A DNA stretch of 64,000 nt, from the NCBI RefSeq assembly GCF_009914755.1, contig NC_060931.1, one strand, 5' to 3'. Positions 1 to 13,760 of this stretch are shown here, one piece after another; position 1 is the stretch's first letter; each line of letters starts with the position of its first letter. The notes under the pieces are model-generated. The model searched no databases. It saw only the letters and a program-made list of their open reading frames with translations, and had not been told where the DNA came from. The stretch comes from the human T2T-CHM13v2.0 reference genome, Homo sapiens. The translations under genes and the position numbers were made by a program.

Positions 1-1043
1 AGTAATCTGCTTCAGAAAAACCTGATGTTCTGAGTGAAAATTCTGATAGCCTATTATTTATTAAGTGGAAGAAAATAGAGCGTTTTTATATCAACCTAAA
101 CCCCTCACAACCAGCTTTTAACCACCTAAAGAAAACAGTAAAATAGACACTCACCAAATGCCAAGGTGCGTGGACAAATGTTATAAACCATATATTAAGG
201 TGTAAAGGGCTACAAGCATCACTTCCTGCTCATACAATGAATAAGATGTTAACATACAGTGTCGTAGGCCCTACTTGGCCTTTCGCTGTCAGCAGAAAAC
301 ATGCACATCTCCTTAGTTGGCACCTGCACTACATTTCAAGGCATCTCCACATGATTCTGATGTTCTACTAACTGTAATGTAAATCACATGTTATTTTGTT
401 AAAAACATTGAGATTGGAAGATGTAAATGTAAGTAGGTGCCTTATAAGCATCAGCAAAAAGCAAAACAAGAAACAAAAACATCTTAGTGAGAGCTCAGTC
501 TAGCCTGTGGAGATTGGATTTCAAAAATCAGGAGGCAATCCACTGGGCAACCATTCACTGGAAAAATATTCTTCAGGTTATGTCTGAATTTTATTCGGTA
601 GCTAAACTAGCTAAACTACACTCTAGGTAGGTGTTACAAGCTGTAGGGCAAGCAAAATAAATGACGTTGCTGACTTTAAAAGACTTGAAAATAATGGTAC
701 TATGAGAGCCCAGTAGAGCATTAATATGGCTTTTTTAGTTATAATAAGTACATGCCAACTGGACAGACTGCTTTGATTTAACTGGACAAATGACAGACAA
801 ATAAATTTTGGCTAAGATTATTGAGATGCCATGGAGCTGAGAAACATGATGCAGCCACCTAAAAGTTAGATAACATAAACACAAGAATTCCAGACCAAAT
901 CTCTCACTCTATGTAAGATTTGGTGAAGTCATTTAATCTTTCTTAGTTTCAGCTATGTACTGTAAAGATTAGATGAGTTAATGTTGTAAGCTTTTAAACA
1001 AATGACAGGACACACAAGGGAACACCAAGTATTTTTGTAGATA

Positions 1044-1649
1044 CAGCAGGTCCTCGAATAATGTCATTTTGTTCGATATTGTTTTGTTATAACGCTGATG
1101 AGAAAAAATGAAAATCAATTCCCGGCCAGAGCACTGTCTGTGTGGAGTTTGCATGTTCTCCCCATGTCTGGATAGGTTTCCTCTGGGCACTCCAGCTTCC
1201 TCCAGCATCCCAAAGATATGTACATTAGGTAAACTGGCATGTCTCAATTGCCCCATGACAAGTAGGTGTGGGTATGGGCATGAGTGCACTCAGTGATGTG
1301 ATGATGTCCTGTCCAGGGTAGGTTCCCATCTTGCACCCTAAGCTTCTGGGAGAGGTTCCGGTCACCCAACACTCTGAACTGGGATAATTAGGTAAATAAT
1401 TATCTTACTTGTTCATATTAATCTTTCTTAAATGTACGTATAGCTCACATTTATTTCAGTGTTTAATAACAGAAGTTTTTGGTGTTTACGTAAAAGCTTA
1501 GTGATATTTTTGTGACCAAGAATATGCCATAGACACTTCACATTTGCTTATATCAATTAGTCAGTGGGAAAATTGGTTTGTTATATGGCGTGTCATTTAA
1601 AGTCACAGTTTCCAAAAACCCATCAATGATGTTAAGTGAGAACTTACTG
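1044..1649 (+). mobile_element. MER6A-type non-autonomous Tc1/mariner-Tigger DNA transposon, apparently full length
   Basis: TA-flanked ends cagcaggtcctcgaataa... and ...ttaagtgagaacttactg (imperfect TIRs); internal gtgtggagtttgcatgttctcccc motif; about 606 bp. Confidence 0.8.
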
Positions 1650-1654
1650 TATAC

Positions 1655-1845
1655 ACAGCTGGGTTTGAATTCTTTGCCAGCTGTGTAAGCTTGGGCAAAT
1701 TATTGAACTTCTCCAGGCTTTCATTCTCCCATGTGCACAGTGAAAACAACTATATGTACTTTGCAGAACAGAAATAGTGTTAGAAATATATGGAAAGTGC
1801 CTAGCAAAGCATCTGGACCATAGCAGACAGTCAGTAAATGCTACT
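1655..1845 (+). mobile_element. MIR SINE
   Basis: ctgggtttgaat...gctgtgtaagcttgggcaaattattgaacttctc core; 3' aaagtgcctagca...cagtaaatg. Confidence 0.7.
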
Positions 1846-2207
1846 GATTAATTTGCCCCTTACTAGTAAAACTCCGAAAACTTTCACTCTTCTCCATCTA
1901 AGTAACCAGCTCATTGACTCATGCCTCTACCTTGTTTTTACCCAGAACACTTAACTTCTTAAATTTCTGTCCCTTACCACAACTTCTTGTTTCTCCACTG
2001 TTCCTTACAAACTTACACTTTATCCACATAAAAATGTCTACTACTTACTTGAACTCTTATTTCTTGACCATTATCAGATCCTATCTAACGTGATTCCTGG
2101 TTTCAAATACTTCAACTACCATTGACTATTCTCAAATATCCTTGATGTTTACAAAGTTTACTTTGCCAATCCTCAATCCTAGATGGATTCAACAGTCTTT
2201 TTCATTC

Positions 2208-2268
2208 TATTAAGTTTGTGCAAAAGTAATTGCAGTTTTCTACTCTTCGTATTGCGCCAAGCCATATT
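2208..2268. mobile_element. MADE1 (Hsmar1 mariner MITE) remnant
   Basis: ttaagtttgtgcaaaagtaattgcagtttt resembles the MADE1 TIR; the second arm is shortened and degenerate. Confidence 0.7.
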
Positions 2269-2494
2269 AGAGAAAGCTGATTTGATATGAATATAACTGT
2301 TACATTGAAAGGTGGGGCTCCATATAAAAAATGCCAACAGAAAACAATATTTCCTTTCCTCTCCTCTGCTTCTTTAAAATGAATTTTCTCTAGACCATCT
2401 TCCATAAAACTCATATTAAATCCTGAAAAAGTCTTAACATAGACATCAACTGATGGGATATACATTGTAATTGAGAGTTTGCCCAATTTTGTTC

Positions 2495-2700
2495 AGAGAA
2501 GCAGTGGCCTAGCTAAAACCACATTTCTTATCCCCCTTGCAGCCAAAGGTTGCCCAGTGAGATAGACACAGAAGTAACAGAGTGGGATTTCTGCAAATCT
2601 CTTGAGTTGCCTACCTACGTATATCTTATTACAGGAGGAAAAATAAATCCACACTCTGTTTAAATCACCCTTTTGTTGTCTTGTCTATTAATCATATTTG
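2495..2700 (+). mobile_element. old ERVL LTR fragment (LTR33-like)
   Basis: acatttcttatcccccttgcagc...gcccagtgagatagacacagaagt motif. Confidence 0.4.
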
Positions 2701-5700
2701 AACACAACATTATGCCTTTCAGGTTCCCTAATTTTTCCATTCACCATTGTATATAAAAGTGTTACTGCTAAAAGCAGTCTCAGTTAATCAATTAAAATAT
2801 CTAGTCTGGAATAAAAATCAAATGTCTAAGCTTAATGTAAAATTCATTTAAAATCCCATTACCAGGTTAGTACTGCTTCAGACCAAGAAACTTCAGATGG
2901 AGAATGTGGTAGAGGTCTATGGCCACTCTCTGAGTTTTTCCTCCTGATTTCATCTTGACACTTCTTAGCAGCTCAAACACGGTGATTTCAGCAATGGCAC
3001 TAAGAGAAAGTTGGCAATGGATGGCTTTTCTTGACTATAATTATGTGTTGTTACTCTCTGGGGCTGATCGATGTTCAACACTGACTTGTTCCCTTATTAA
3101 GATACTTTCCTAGTTGTTTGGAGGTACCCAGGACATTCAATTGCAATGTCATGCTTCTGAGGGTCATTTAAACCCCAGCCCCTCAGCTCCCATTTGACAG
3201 TGTATTTCTACCCTCTTTCTGCTAAACTAGTTTTGTTCCCGGAGGGAAGCCCTGTTGGGTCCTATCTGAGACCAGCTCCATCTCACTGCCTTGTTTTTAT
3301 GTAAGTTTGTGCCCCTTGATGCCGTGTCTCATTGCCCTGTCACTGGGTAAACATGTCGAGCCTTAGCACTTCCCTTTTAACATCCACAGGCATGTATCAA
3401 ATCCAAATAAATAAAAGTAATCTCAATTTTGCAAAACAATTAGTGGATTACCTAATCCCTTCACCACTCAGACTCAAAGGCCTGGATAATTTATACCCTC
3501 CAGATAGATTCTGGATTAATGGTCAAAATATGCATATCCACATAAACACACAGAGTTTTCAGAAAGCTCTTTGAAATTCATATGTAGCTTGGGCCTCATT
3601 TTTATTGGGCCTCATTTTTAGAACATGAGGGTGTTTTATATCTTCTGATTGTTCTCAGTGTTAGGAAGGCCCTAGATTTTATTCCTCAGTAATTTTACTT
3701 ACCCATAATAGACTCCTTTCACCTTTTCTTACTTTGCTCTCCCAAATCTTCAACAAAAACTGTCTTTATTTATATCTAATAATATTCCTTCTGTCCCAAG
3801 TGAAATATTCCGCCATCTTTTCAAAGAAAATTGCATGACCTCGATCTTCTCTGTCTGCTTTTTCTGGAATCATCCTTCTACATTCAGACTATTTTTTCTT
3901 ATTTTCAAATTTCATGGATTTCTGCTTTTCTAGCTATAAGCATGCTTATATGTCCTCCAGTCTCAAAAATAGACAAGAAAGAAATACATTCTTTAGTAGT
4001 ACTCCACATTTTCCTTCACTGTCCTACCAAACTTCATGAAAATCCAGATAAATTTCTTGCCAATGTCTCACTTTCCAATAACTCCTTAACACTACAGTCT
4101 TTATTCTGTTCCAGTATATTCTATTGAATCTATTCTCACAAAAGTAAATCAATGACCCCTAATAGCCAAACATGATAAATTTTGTATTCTTCTTTGAGTC
4201 TCTAAAGAATTTCAGAATTCCTTCCTGGATCCCCTTCTCACTTCTTTGTATCTAATTTTTCTTGAGTTTCTTTCCACATTTTTTAGTTAAAATCCCTACA
4301 GATAAAGACCAGAAAGCTACATTTTTCTAAAATGTTACTGGCACTGCTGACAAATAGAAATGATATAGAATGACTGGCCTAAGAGTTAAAGAAAAAAAAA
4401 ACTATTTGGTTAAATAACAATCATCTAGCACTTCCAGGAAAACAAAAACAAAACTTACTTTAAAAATCACTTGAAAACATTTGTCATGTTCCTTTTTTTG
4501 TTATCTAATCATAAGCTCAATATCAAGGTTGAATTAAGAGTTGGAGTATATTACAGTATTTAAAGCTTCAAAATAGATTGGAGCAGCTTTAATTAAAGTT
4601 ACCAGGACAACCAGAGGGAGACAGAATATGCCATAATTGGAAAATGTCACCAGAAAAATTTGTTTATTATAACCTTGATCCTATTTTCTTTGAGCAAAAT
4701 GCCTAGAGACCTTCATTTACTGAGTAGATCCCCTTGGCTGGGCTGGTTGGTGAACAATGAGACCACAGATTTCATTTATCTCCATCTCTCAGAAGGCCGC
4801 ATTGGAGGTTGGATTGCTTTGTTGAAAAGCTTTCTCCTGTAAATTGTTCATTAACACTTGCAGATATTTCAGCCTAGTTCAAGCTGAAATGTATGTTCAT
4901 AATAATGTTAAATGATTATATCTTTTTTGCTTCAAAACATTGTTTGATTTGAGATTGCTTAAGAATAATCCAATGATATTAGTTATATAATCATTGCAGG
5001 GAGCCAGTTCCTGAGATATAGACGTAGCAAATGTCAGAAAAAAAAGTCATTTAGCAGACACATCTTGGAAATAAAATAGTTCAAATTATGAATGTGGGTT
5101 TAGAGGGGAACAAACTGGATTTTAGACAGAAGTCATAAAGTTGAATTCTACCACTACCTCATGCTATCTACACAGTCTTGGATAAGAACATTGGTCTTCT
5201 GAATTTCCTCATTTATAAAATAAGAATGTATAAATGTTTAATGTGTCTACTTCACAGAGTTTCTGTAAGGGCCTAATACATAAGAGTCATCAGAATCATA
5301 ACATGATTTTATATAGTAACAAGCCCCCACCCCCAACAAAAAAAAAGCAAAATTGCTATCAAAGAGATAGCAACTAAAAGGTTTTGATATCGTTTTATCT
5401 TTCAGCTCTTCATAAGGCTGGTAGATGGAGCTGATCAAAAGACAAAAGCACAAATGAGTGTAAAATAAAGTTGCAATAAGTAGTTTAGAGTCAAACATAT
5501 AAACAAAAACAAGCTAGCACATAAGGCAATAAGTTAAATTGACTTTTTATTCAAAAATATTATAAAAGATAGGATTAACAATTTAATCTTCAAATACATA
5601 AAATCTGTGTTCATGTATGCACAATAACAATTACTGCAGATACTAAAAAGCAATAATTTCACCAAAAAACCCTCCACTTTTTAACTTCCTTTTTTCAAAA

Positions 5701-6099
5701 ACCTGAATTATCAAAGACTGTTAAGTAATTTCTTTAGTAGGCTTATAAGAAAACAACCAGCTACATTTATTTTTCTTTCACAGTGTTTACATTTATATTT
5801 TCAAAGATATCTTATGTTTACTGAAGAATAATGAAGGTTTTAAAATTTTCCAAACTCAAATAAAAATGAAAATTGTTTAAATACCATATATTTTCTTTCA
5901 CTAAATCATTCTTTTGAAAATGGTTAATTGATACAGGATTCACTGAAAAATTAATAGCCTTCCAGAATATTCTATTATCTAGATCATCGAATGCTTATTC
6001 AGCATGGATGAATAGAACTTTACAAAATACTACTTAGCTTCATTTCTTCCTTTGTATAATTATACACTTCTTTAGGTCAAAGGATGTATTTATGTAATA

Positions 6100-6510
6100 A
6101 GTAGGAATGTAGATCTTGAAGCCAGACACACCTGAATTTGAATTTCACAATCAAATTCACATTCAAATTTCACATTCTTGCTGCTCAAAGTATAGTCTTT
6201 GTACCAGGAGCATAAGCATTACCTTATGCTTGGTGGCTTATAAGAAATGTACTATCTCTGTCCTGATCTACTGAATAAAAATCTGCATTTTAACAAGAGC
6301 CACGGGTGATCTGCATGCATATTAAAGTTTAAGAAGCACTGGCAAACATTACTTATTAGATATATTTCCTTGGGCAAGTTTCAGGAACTCTCAAAGTCCC
6401 AGTTTCTTCATTGAAAAATGAGACTAATAATGGTGTCTCTACCATAGTATTATTATGGGAAATAATTAGATAATGCTACTTAGTAACCACTCAATAAAGC
6501 CTAACTGGTA
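6100..6510 (+). mobile_element. MIR interrupted by a MER5-family hAT element (about 6178-6342)
   Basis: MIR head (gaagccagacacacctgaatttgaat) and core (ccttgggcaagtt...cagtttcttcat) are separated by ctactgaataaaaatctgcattttaacaag...aaagtttaagaagcactg. Confidence 0.7.
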
Positions 6511-7304
6511 TTAAATTTTATCATCTACCTTAGATTTGTATATTCATGATGTTTTCCACTGTATTTACCTATAAAATTACATTAGTGTCCCACCCAGAAG
6601 AAATAAAGCTCCTTTAATCCAGATGTCTCCCTGAGTATAAGCCTACAACTAAAATAGAAGCAAATTAACAATGCCATCTTGCATTCATTTACAATACAAT
6701 GTAGCATATGTTCTTCATTAGCCTCAAAATATTTCTCTTTGAAATAATGTTTTATATTTTTGTGGAATCAAGGAAGTTAAGCAAAGAATTTAGTTTGAAA
6801 ACAAACATGAATCTGTCTCCCTGAAATAAAATTGAACTATTCTACACTTAATTAGCCATTGTGTCTTCAGTATTCTGTCATCATGTGCTTAAGATATTCT
6901 ACTGATCCCTCACAAGACTCAAATAATGCACCAGGTGTCTTGAGCTTCCATTCCAAATGAGAAATAAGAAAGAAAGTCTCAATAGAATTCTATTTTAATC
7001 CAATTAAGGCAAGACACACTATTTCATTCCACAACCTTTTTTAAGAGACTATGATGTCCAAATTACCTGCTTCCTACATCCAGAAGAAAAATGTAGACTG
7101 ATAAAATCAATATAAATCGAATCATTTTCCACTGTCACCTGAATATTAATCACTTCAGTAGATAGCACCTTATTTTTATTAGATAAGTTTTTATTACAAA
7201 CATTTACTTAAATAAAAAAGGGTATTCTCTCTCCAAAATTGAAGATAATAATGTTTTCATTTTCCAGTAATGAAAGTTTATCTTCCTATGAATTACTCAA
7301 TTAC

Positions 7305-7618
7305 TATTTTTATTTATTTATTTACTTATTTTTATTTTTTTGAGACGGAGTCTTGCTCTTTCGCGCAGGCTGGAGTGCAGTGGCATGGTCTCAGCTCACT
7401 GCATCCTCTGCCTCCCGAGTTCAAGCAATTCTCCCTGCCTCAGCCTCTGGAGTAGCTGGGATTACAGGCACCTGCCACCACACCCAGCTAATTTTTGTAT
7501 TTTTAGTAAACACGGGGTTTCACCCTGTTGGCCAGGCTGATCTTGAACTCCTGACCTCAGCTCCCACCTCGGCCTCCCAAAGTGCTGAGATTACTGGCAT
7601 GAGCCACTGCATCTGACC
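7305..7618 (-). mobile_element. Alu (AluS-like)
   Basis: Full dimeric Alu in reverse; (TTTA)-type tail; diverged TSD tcaattactatttt/tcagttattatttt. Confidence 0.95.
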
Positions 7619-7773
7619 TCAGTTATTATTTTCAATGAAATGTTTCAACCTCTAGCAACATGGTGTAACAAAAATTCCAACCAACATACCTGCTACACTA
7701 CAACAATATCTTGGATATTTGAAGAAGCATAATATAAAGAAAGAAACGAAGCATAGAAATAAAAAAGAAATAT

Positions 7774-7774
7774 A

Positions 7775-7834
<60 letters not shown>

Positions 7835-7835
7835 A
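7774..7835 (+). repeat. (AAAG)n microsatellite, about 15 units
   Basis: Direct read. Confidence 0.97.
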
Positions 7836-7984
7836 CGAACAGAAAATTTTTGAGGGTCAAGATATTTATAAAAGATAGTAAACAAAAAAACCTGAACAAT
7901 GAGTATTAAGCAAACAGGAAATTCAGAGTTGTATTGAGATAAATATCCATAAATGTACTGAAGTCTACACAATAAGAGGAACCA

Positions 7985-8309
<325 letters not shown>

Positions 8310-8597
8310 TTATATCTAACAAAAGATGTATAAGAAGTTTATGAAAAAAATTTTTAAAGTTTATCAAATGGTATAAAATACTGCTAAATAAGAGATACTA
8401 TTTATAAATAGAAAGACAAAATATAATAAAGATATCAATTCTTCTCAATTTGGTCTGAATCAATATAATACAAATCAAAATCCCAGTAGACATTTTCCTG
8501 GATAATTATATGCCAAATCTAAAATTTAGATAAAAGGTAAAAGTTTAAGAATACTCAAGATTATTCTGAAGAAGAATATAGTGAGGGACTTAGCCTA

Positions 8598-8957
8598 TGT
8601 ATTTAGTCTGTTCTCACATGGCTAATGAAGACATACCCCAGACTGGCTAATTTATAAAGGAAGGAGGTTTAATTGACTCACACTTCCACATGGCTGGGAA
8701 GGCCTCACAATCATGACGGAAGGCAAAGGAGGAGCAAAGTCACATTTTACACAGCGACAGCAAGAGAACATGTGTAAGGGAATTCCCCTTTATAAAACCA
8801 TCAGATCTCATGAGACTTACTATTACGGGAACAGCATGGGAAAGACCCGCCCCCATGATTCAATTACCTCCCACCACATCCCTCCCACAACACGTGGGAA
8901 TTATGGGAGCTACAATTCAAGATGAGATTTGGGTGAGGACACAGCCAAACCACATCA
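8598..8957 (-). mobile_element. THE1B-like solo LTR (ERVL-MaLR)
   Basis: TG...CA ends, 360 bp, perfect 5-bp TSD GCCTA (8593-8597 and 8958-8962); ataaaaccatcagatctcatgagac and gggagctacaattcaagatgagatttgggt motifs. Confidence 0.92.
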
Positions 8958-10067
8958 GCCTACTAGATATTGAGCTGGACAACTGGAGTTTACTAGGGGA
9001 AGGCAAACTAATTTATAAATGCCCTAGAAAAATTCCTTGGAAAAAATAATTTGAAATGCAGACTAAAATTATATACTCATATAACTTGCACGTGGACTAA
9101 ACACATAAATGCAAAAGACAAAGCTTAGAATCATGGAGAATGAAATAAATTATGTGTATAACCTCAGGTTAGCCAAGGTTTTCTTAAAGAAAACACTCTA
9201 CAATACTAATAATTAAAAGAAAAGTTGACTTTGCAATAAAATTAAGATGTTTGCATCATATATAACTAAAATGAATTAGCATCAGGAATACATAACCTAC
9301 AAATCAATTTTTTAAATGTACAAAAAAATTTCACTGAAGAGGAAACAAGAAAGGTAAATGAATATACAGCAAGATGTCTCCCTCATTAGTGACAAGCAGA
9401 GGTAACATTTACACCCATTTGATTGCCTATAATTAAGAAGTGTAACACTTCCACATGTCGGCCAGAATATGTATCAATGTGGGCTCATATATAACTAGTG
9501 AAGGTCTGAATTGATACGATTATTTTGGAAAACAATTGTCATTTTATAAAGCTGACTGCGAATACCCTACAATCTAGCAATTCTACTCTCCTGTATTGAC
9601 CCTACAGATATTCTTACACATAAGTACTAGGAGACTTGTTCAAGAAAATTCAGCAGCACTATTCATAATAGTATCCATCTGGAATAATCCAAATAATAAT
9701 TTACCCACCTACAGAGACTAAATGAAGAAATTGAGATACATCCTCATAAAATATTTAACTGAATAAAATGAATTAAATCTAAGTGCAAACATACATATAA
9801 ATCATACAAACACAATGTTGATGGAGAAAACCAAGTAGCTGAAGATTACATACAGTGCAATATGAATTTGATAATGCTAAAAAGTAAGCAAACTAAAGAA
9901 TAACTTGTTTAGCAAAGCATTTTTGTGAGGGAAAACTATTTTTAAAAAGAAAAAAAATGGTAACTTGAATATCTAGCATTTTGGCCACCTCTAGCAGAGA
10001 GGAAGGGTGATGGAATAAGAGACTATACAACTAAAGAGGATGATAATATTCTGGGTTTTATGTTGTG

Positions 10068-10159
10068 TAAACATGTTCAATTATTATTATGTATCATGAT
10101 GTACATATGGATTTAAACATGTTCAATTTATTATTATGTATCATGATGTACATGTGGAT
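10068..10159. repeat. two-copy tandem duplication, 46-47 bp unit
   Basis: taaacatgttcaatt(t)attattatgtatcatgatgtacat(a/g)tggat occurs twice. Confidence 0.9.
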
Positions 10160-10347
10160 ACATATACATATAATCAATTAAACACAGATTATTAAAATAT
10201 AATAGTAATATAAAATAAACATAATTAGAAATATTTTGGGGTTTGCATTTAAACCATGATATCTCATTTTTTATGAACATATCAGATGAACACAGTTACT
10301 AAGAAGAAGAACGCATACCAAAACCCCTCAATAGAGCATGAAAATTA

Positions 10348-10539
<192 letters not shown>

Positions 10540-13500
10540 CTAGTAAGAACAATAGTTACTTATTTGGCTTACAAGTTCCCATTGGAATGTATTTAAAACT
10601 ATAAACAACTGATTAGAAACACCACCCTGTTCTTTATCTTGATCTTTTTGGAGTTTGAGTGTGTCAGGAAAAAATATGTAAATATAAATTTGCTCTAGGA
10701 CCACCAGCTTGCCAAAATATAGGTTATGTTAACAGGTTGTAAAACATCTTGTACCACAGTGGTTTGTACATGCAATTTTGAGGCTTGATGCTGCACTCTC
10801 CAATCTCGAAACTGGGTATTATCTGTCATCAGCATCGTAAGAGAAAGGGTAGCCATCCTAGACAACAGAAGGCGAAATGGAGCATGGGAGGTCAAACCTG
10901 GAGGAGTGTGGAAAACAAAGGCAGGAGGAAGGGTTATGTGCTACAGAACGGAGAGAGAGAGAATACATATAAAGCCCCTGCTAATATTCATCTAGATAAC
11001 AAGAGGAGCTTAGGAGACAGTTCACATATAGAAGAGATGAAGGTCATTAAGGTTTTGGTTAGAACGGTAATGGAGTATTTTTTTTAATCAAAGTAAATGT
11101 TGCTGTTAGTTTTTAATCACTGAATTAAAGTATACTGAATTTAAGCTAGGTGCCAAAAGAAAAATTTGACTACCTTTCTGGCTCACCTTAGTGTCTATGG
11201 AAGGATTTCCCCAGAGTGGCATAAGTTGCACCTGTCTTACACAGCCTGTACACACTCAGCAGGAGAGGAAGAATTAAAGAAAGGGGGGTTGGAGGGGAAG
11301 CAGTCACAGTGTTTGTGGCTGGAGGGCTGAGATGAGAAGGAAATCCCTCATGCATCCAACAGATGGGGTGCACATGCATGACTAAACCATCTTTGAAAGC
11401 CAGGACCTGGCAGGTTTTTACTGTCTTATGAGAAGTGAATCCAGGCACATACAGGAATCAGTTCAACCCTGCTTTTTTCTGGCACAACTCCAGCATTCTG
11501 CTTTACTACCAACAGGTTCTACAGTATGATCCCAGCTGCGCACTGATAACACTGGTGAATACTGGCTTCAAATGGACACAGATACATACTAACATTTATT
11601 GACCACAGAGCATATTAGTTTTACATGGACTTATAATTTTTTATTTGAAATAAAAATTAATTTGAAATTAAAATTTATTGGAATTAAAATTAATATTTTG
11701 TAAAGATTTAAATCAATTTTTGCTCCTAAAAGTGACTTATTCACACTATGAGATTTTACCATACTCATGTGAACTTTGAACTTATAAGTTTTCACTCAAA
11801 GTACTCAAGGCACGTTAATTTAGTGATAAAATCTCCATATTTGGATTCATCCAGGAGTCCTGCATTTTACTGGATTGCTTATGCTTTCTGCTAAGAAGCA
11901 GATTATTGAATTCTGTTTTTTAAAGACCCATATCATCCATGAAGAACTTCATCCAATGCAAAGCTTTCTCTTTCATTTCAGACTAAGATAAGATTTAGGA
12001 ACATTGATTAATTGATTTGAGGTACAAACAGATAAACCACAACATCACTTTAATTGATCCAGGATATGTAGTTCTTTGCAGTAAAACCAATAGAGCTAAT
12101 TGGTGTGAAATGTAGTGTGCATTGTACCATTAATACCTTGTTCATTTCTCTATGCAGTCTAACCTCCTTCCTGTGGTATAGGGAATACAATATGCTTCAT
12201 AGTTGGTGGGGATTAGTTCAGATGTGCAATCTATACTTCAGGTAATATCATTTATTAAGTCTCTACATACATGTGCCGGACATATTAATTACTTGGTGCT
12301 TTAAGGAATAAATAGATTATAAATCAGCAGAAACTATTTCAAGCATATAAGTATCTTCTCAAATATATAAATTTATATTCTCTCAAATTTTCCTTTTAGG
12401 ATAATTTTTAAATACTTAACAAAAACAAGATGTAACTCACAAATAAATGTGAAATAAATTAAGTCAAGAAGTTAAAGTCTAGAACCCCTAGTGTAAATAT
12501 CTGGCTGTATTATTTTATATATAAAACCACAATTGAATTGCTTTCTTTGGTAATAAAAATAAATTAAAATTATATAACTGCCCGCCAAAAAAACTAGCTC
12601 TTGCTTCTGGTTCCAAAGACTACAATCATCTTTGTTGTCATGACAGCTATTGCAAAGCTCTCCTGATATATGTTTAGTAAATAATTTTCAGAATAGAAGG
12701 TTTCATATGGATTTTTATGATCACACAATATATTTTCATAATATGTGTATATTTCTAACTCTTTCCATCACTAAGACATATTTCTACAATATTTCATATA
12801 TTAATATTTCAAACATATCTTGAGGTATCTTTTCCTCTTCTTCAGTTTACTGTTTTGTAAATAATTATCTGCTTTGCCATTTTGTCCAATTTCTTTCTCG
12901 AAGGAAAAACAGCATGGTGGAAATAATACGAGTTTTTGGCACCAGACAGAGTTACATTTCAATCCTGTCAACTCTTCACATGCTGTGCAAAACTGGCCTT
13001 CGTTTTTTCTCTACTAGAAAGAATGTAGCATATAGACAGACTTAAAAACAGGATACTTTTCCTCCTGATACACTCACATGCTTTAGTTTCCCTAAAGTTG
13101 AAGTTCTCCTGCTGCCACCCTGACATAAGTCTTAACAAAAAGAATACTTGTCACCTGTACATTCTTTCTTTCCTACAATCTTAACCAACTGGCTTTAATG
13201 TACTTTCATTGTAACATTCAAAGACCAAGTTTCTCTGTGATGACAACCTAGATTATGGTTTGTGAGATAGCCAAAAAAACCATAATCTATGTTCTAAATA
13301 TCTTTGTTCTAATTAACATATGTTAATTATGCTAATCAGCTATGTTAACATAATATATGTTCTAAGTCACTTTGCTCTAATTAAGTCTACAGTTCCAAGA
13401 TAATCATCACAATTATACATTTTAAAATAACTTCAAATTTAATATCTAAAAAATGATATTACTCAATGATATAATTGCTTAACAAAATTCCTAAAGAAAC

Positions 13501-13612
13501 CTCTTGGAAATCATAATACAGATGCCCCAGAAATATTTACTCAAAACTAAATATGCTTCCAAACTTTTAGAGGACGTAAAAATTTTTTAAATTTTTTATT
13601 TAAAAAAAAAAG

Positions 13613-13760
13613 TTTTTTAGAGACAGATCTCACTTTATTGCCCAGGCTGGGGTGCAATGGCTATTCACAGAGGCAATCCTAGCACTCCTGGTCTCAGGTG
13701 ATCCTCCCATGTCAACCTTCCAAGTAGTTGGAACTACAGGTGCATGCCACTGCACCCAGC
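13613..13760 (-). mobile_element. FAM (fossil Alu monomer)
   Basis: Monomer retaining the 7SL-like GTGAATAGCC segment (ggctattcac on +), which dimeric Alus lack. Confidence 0.8.
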
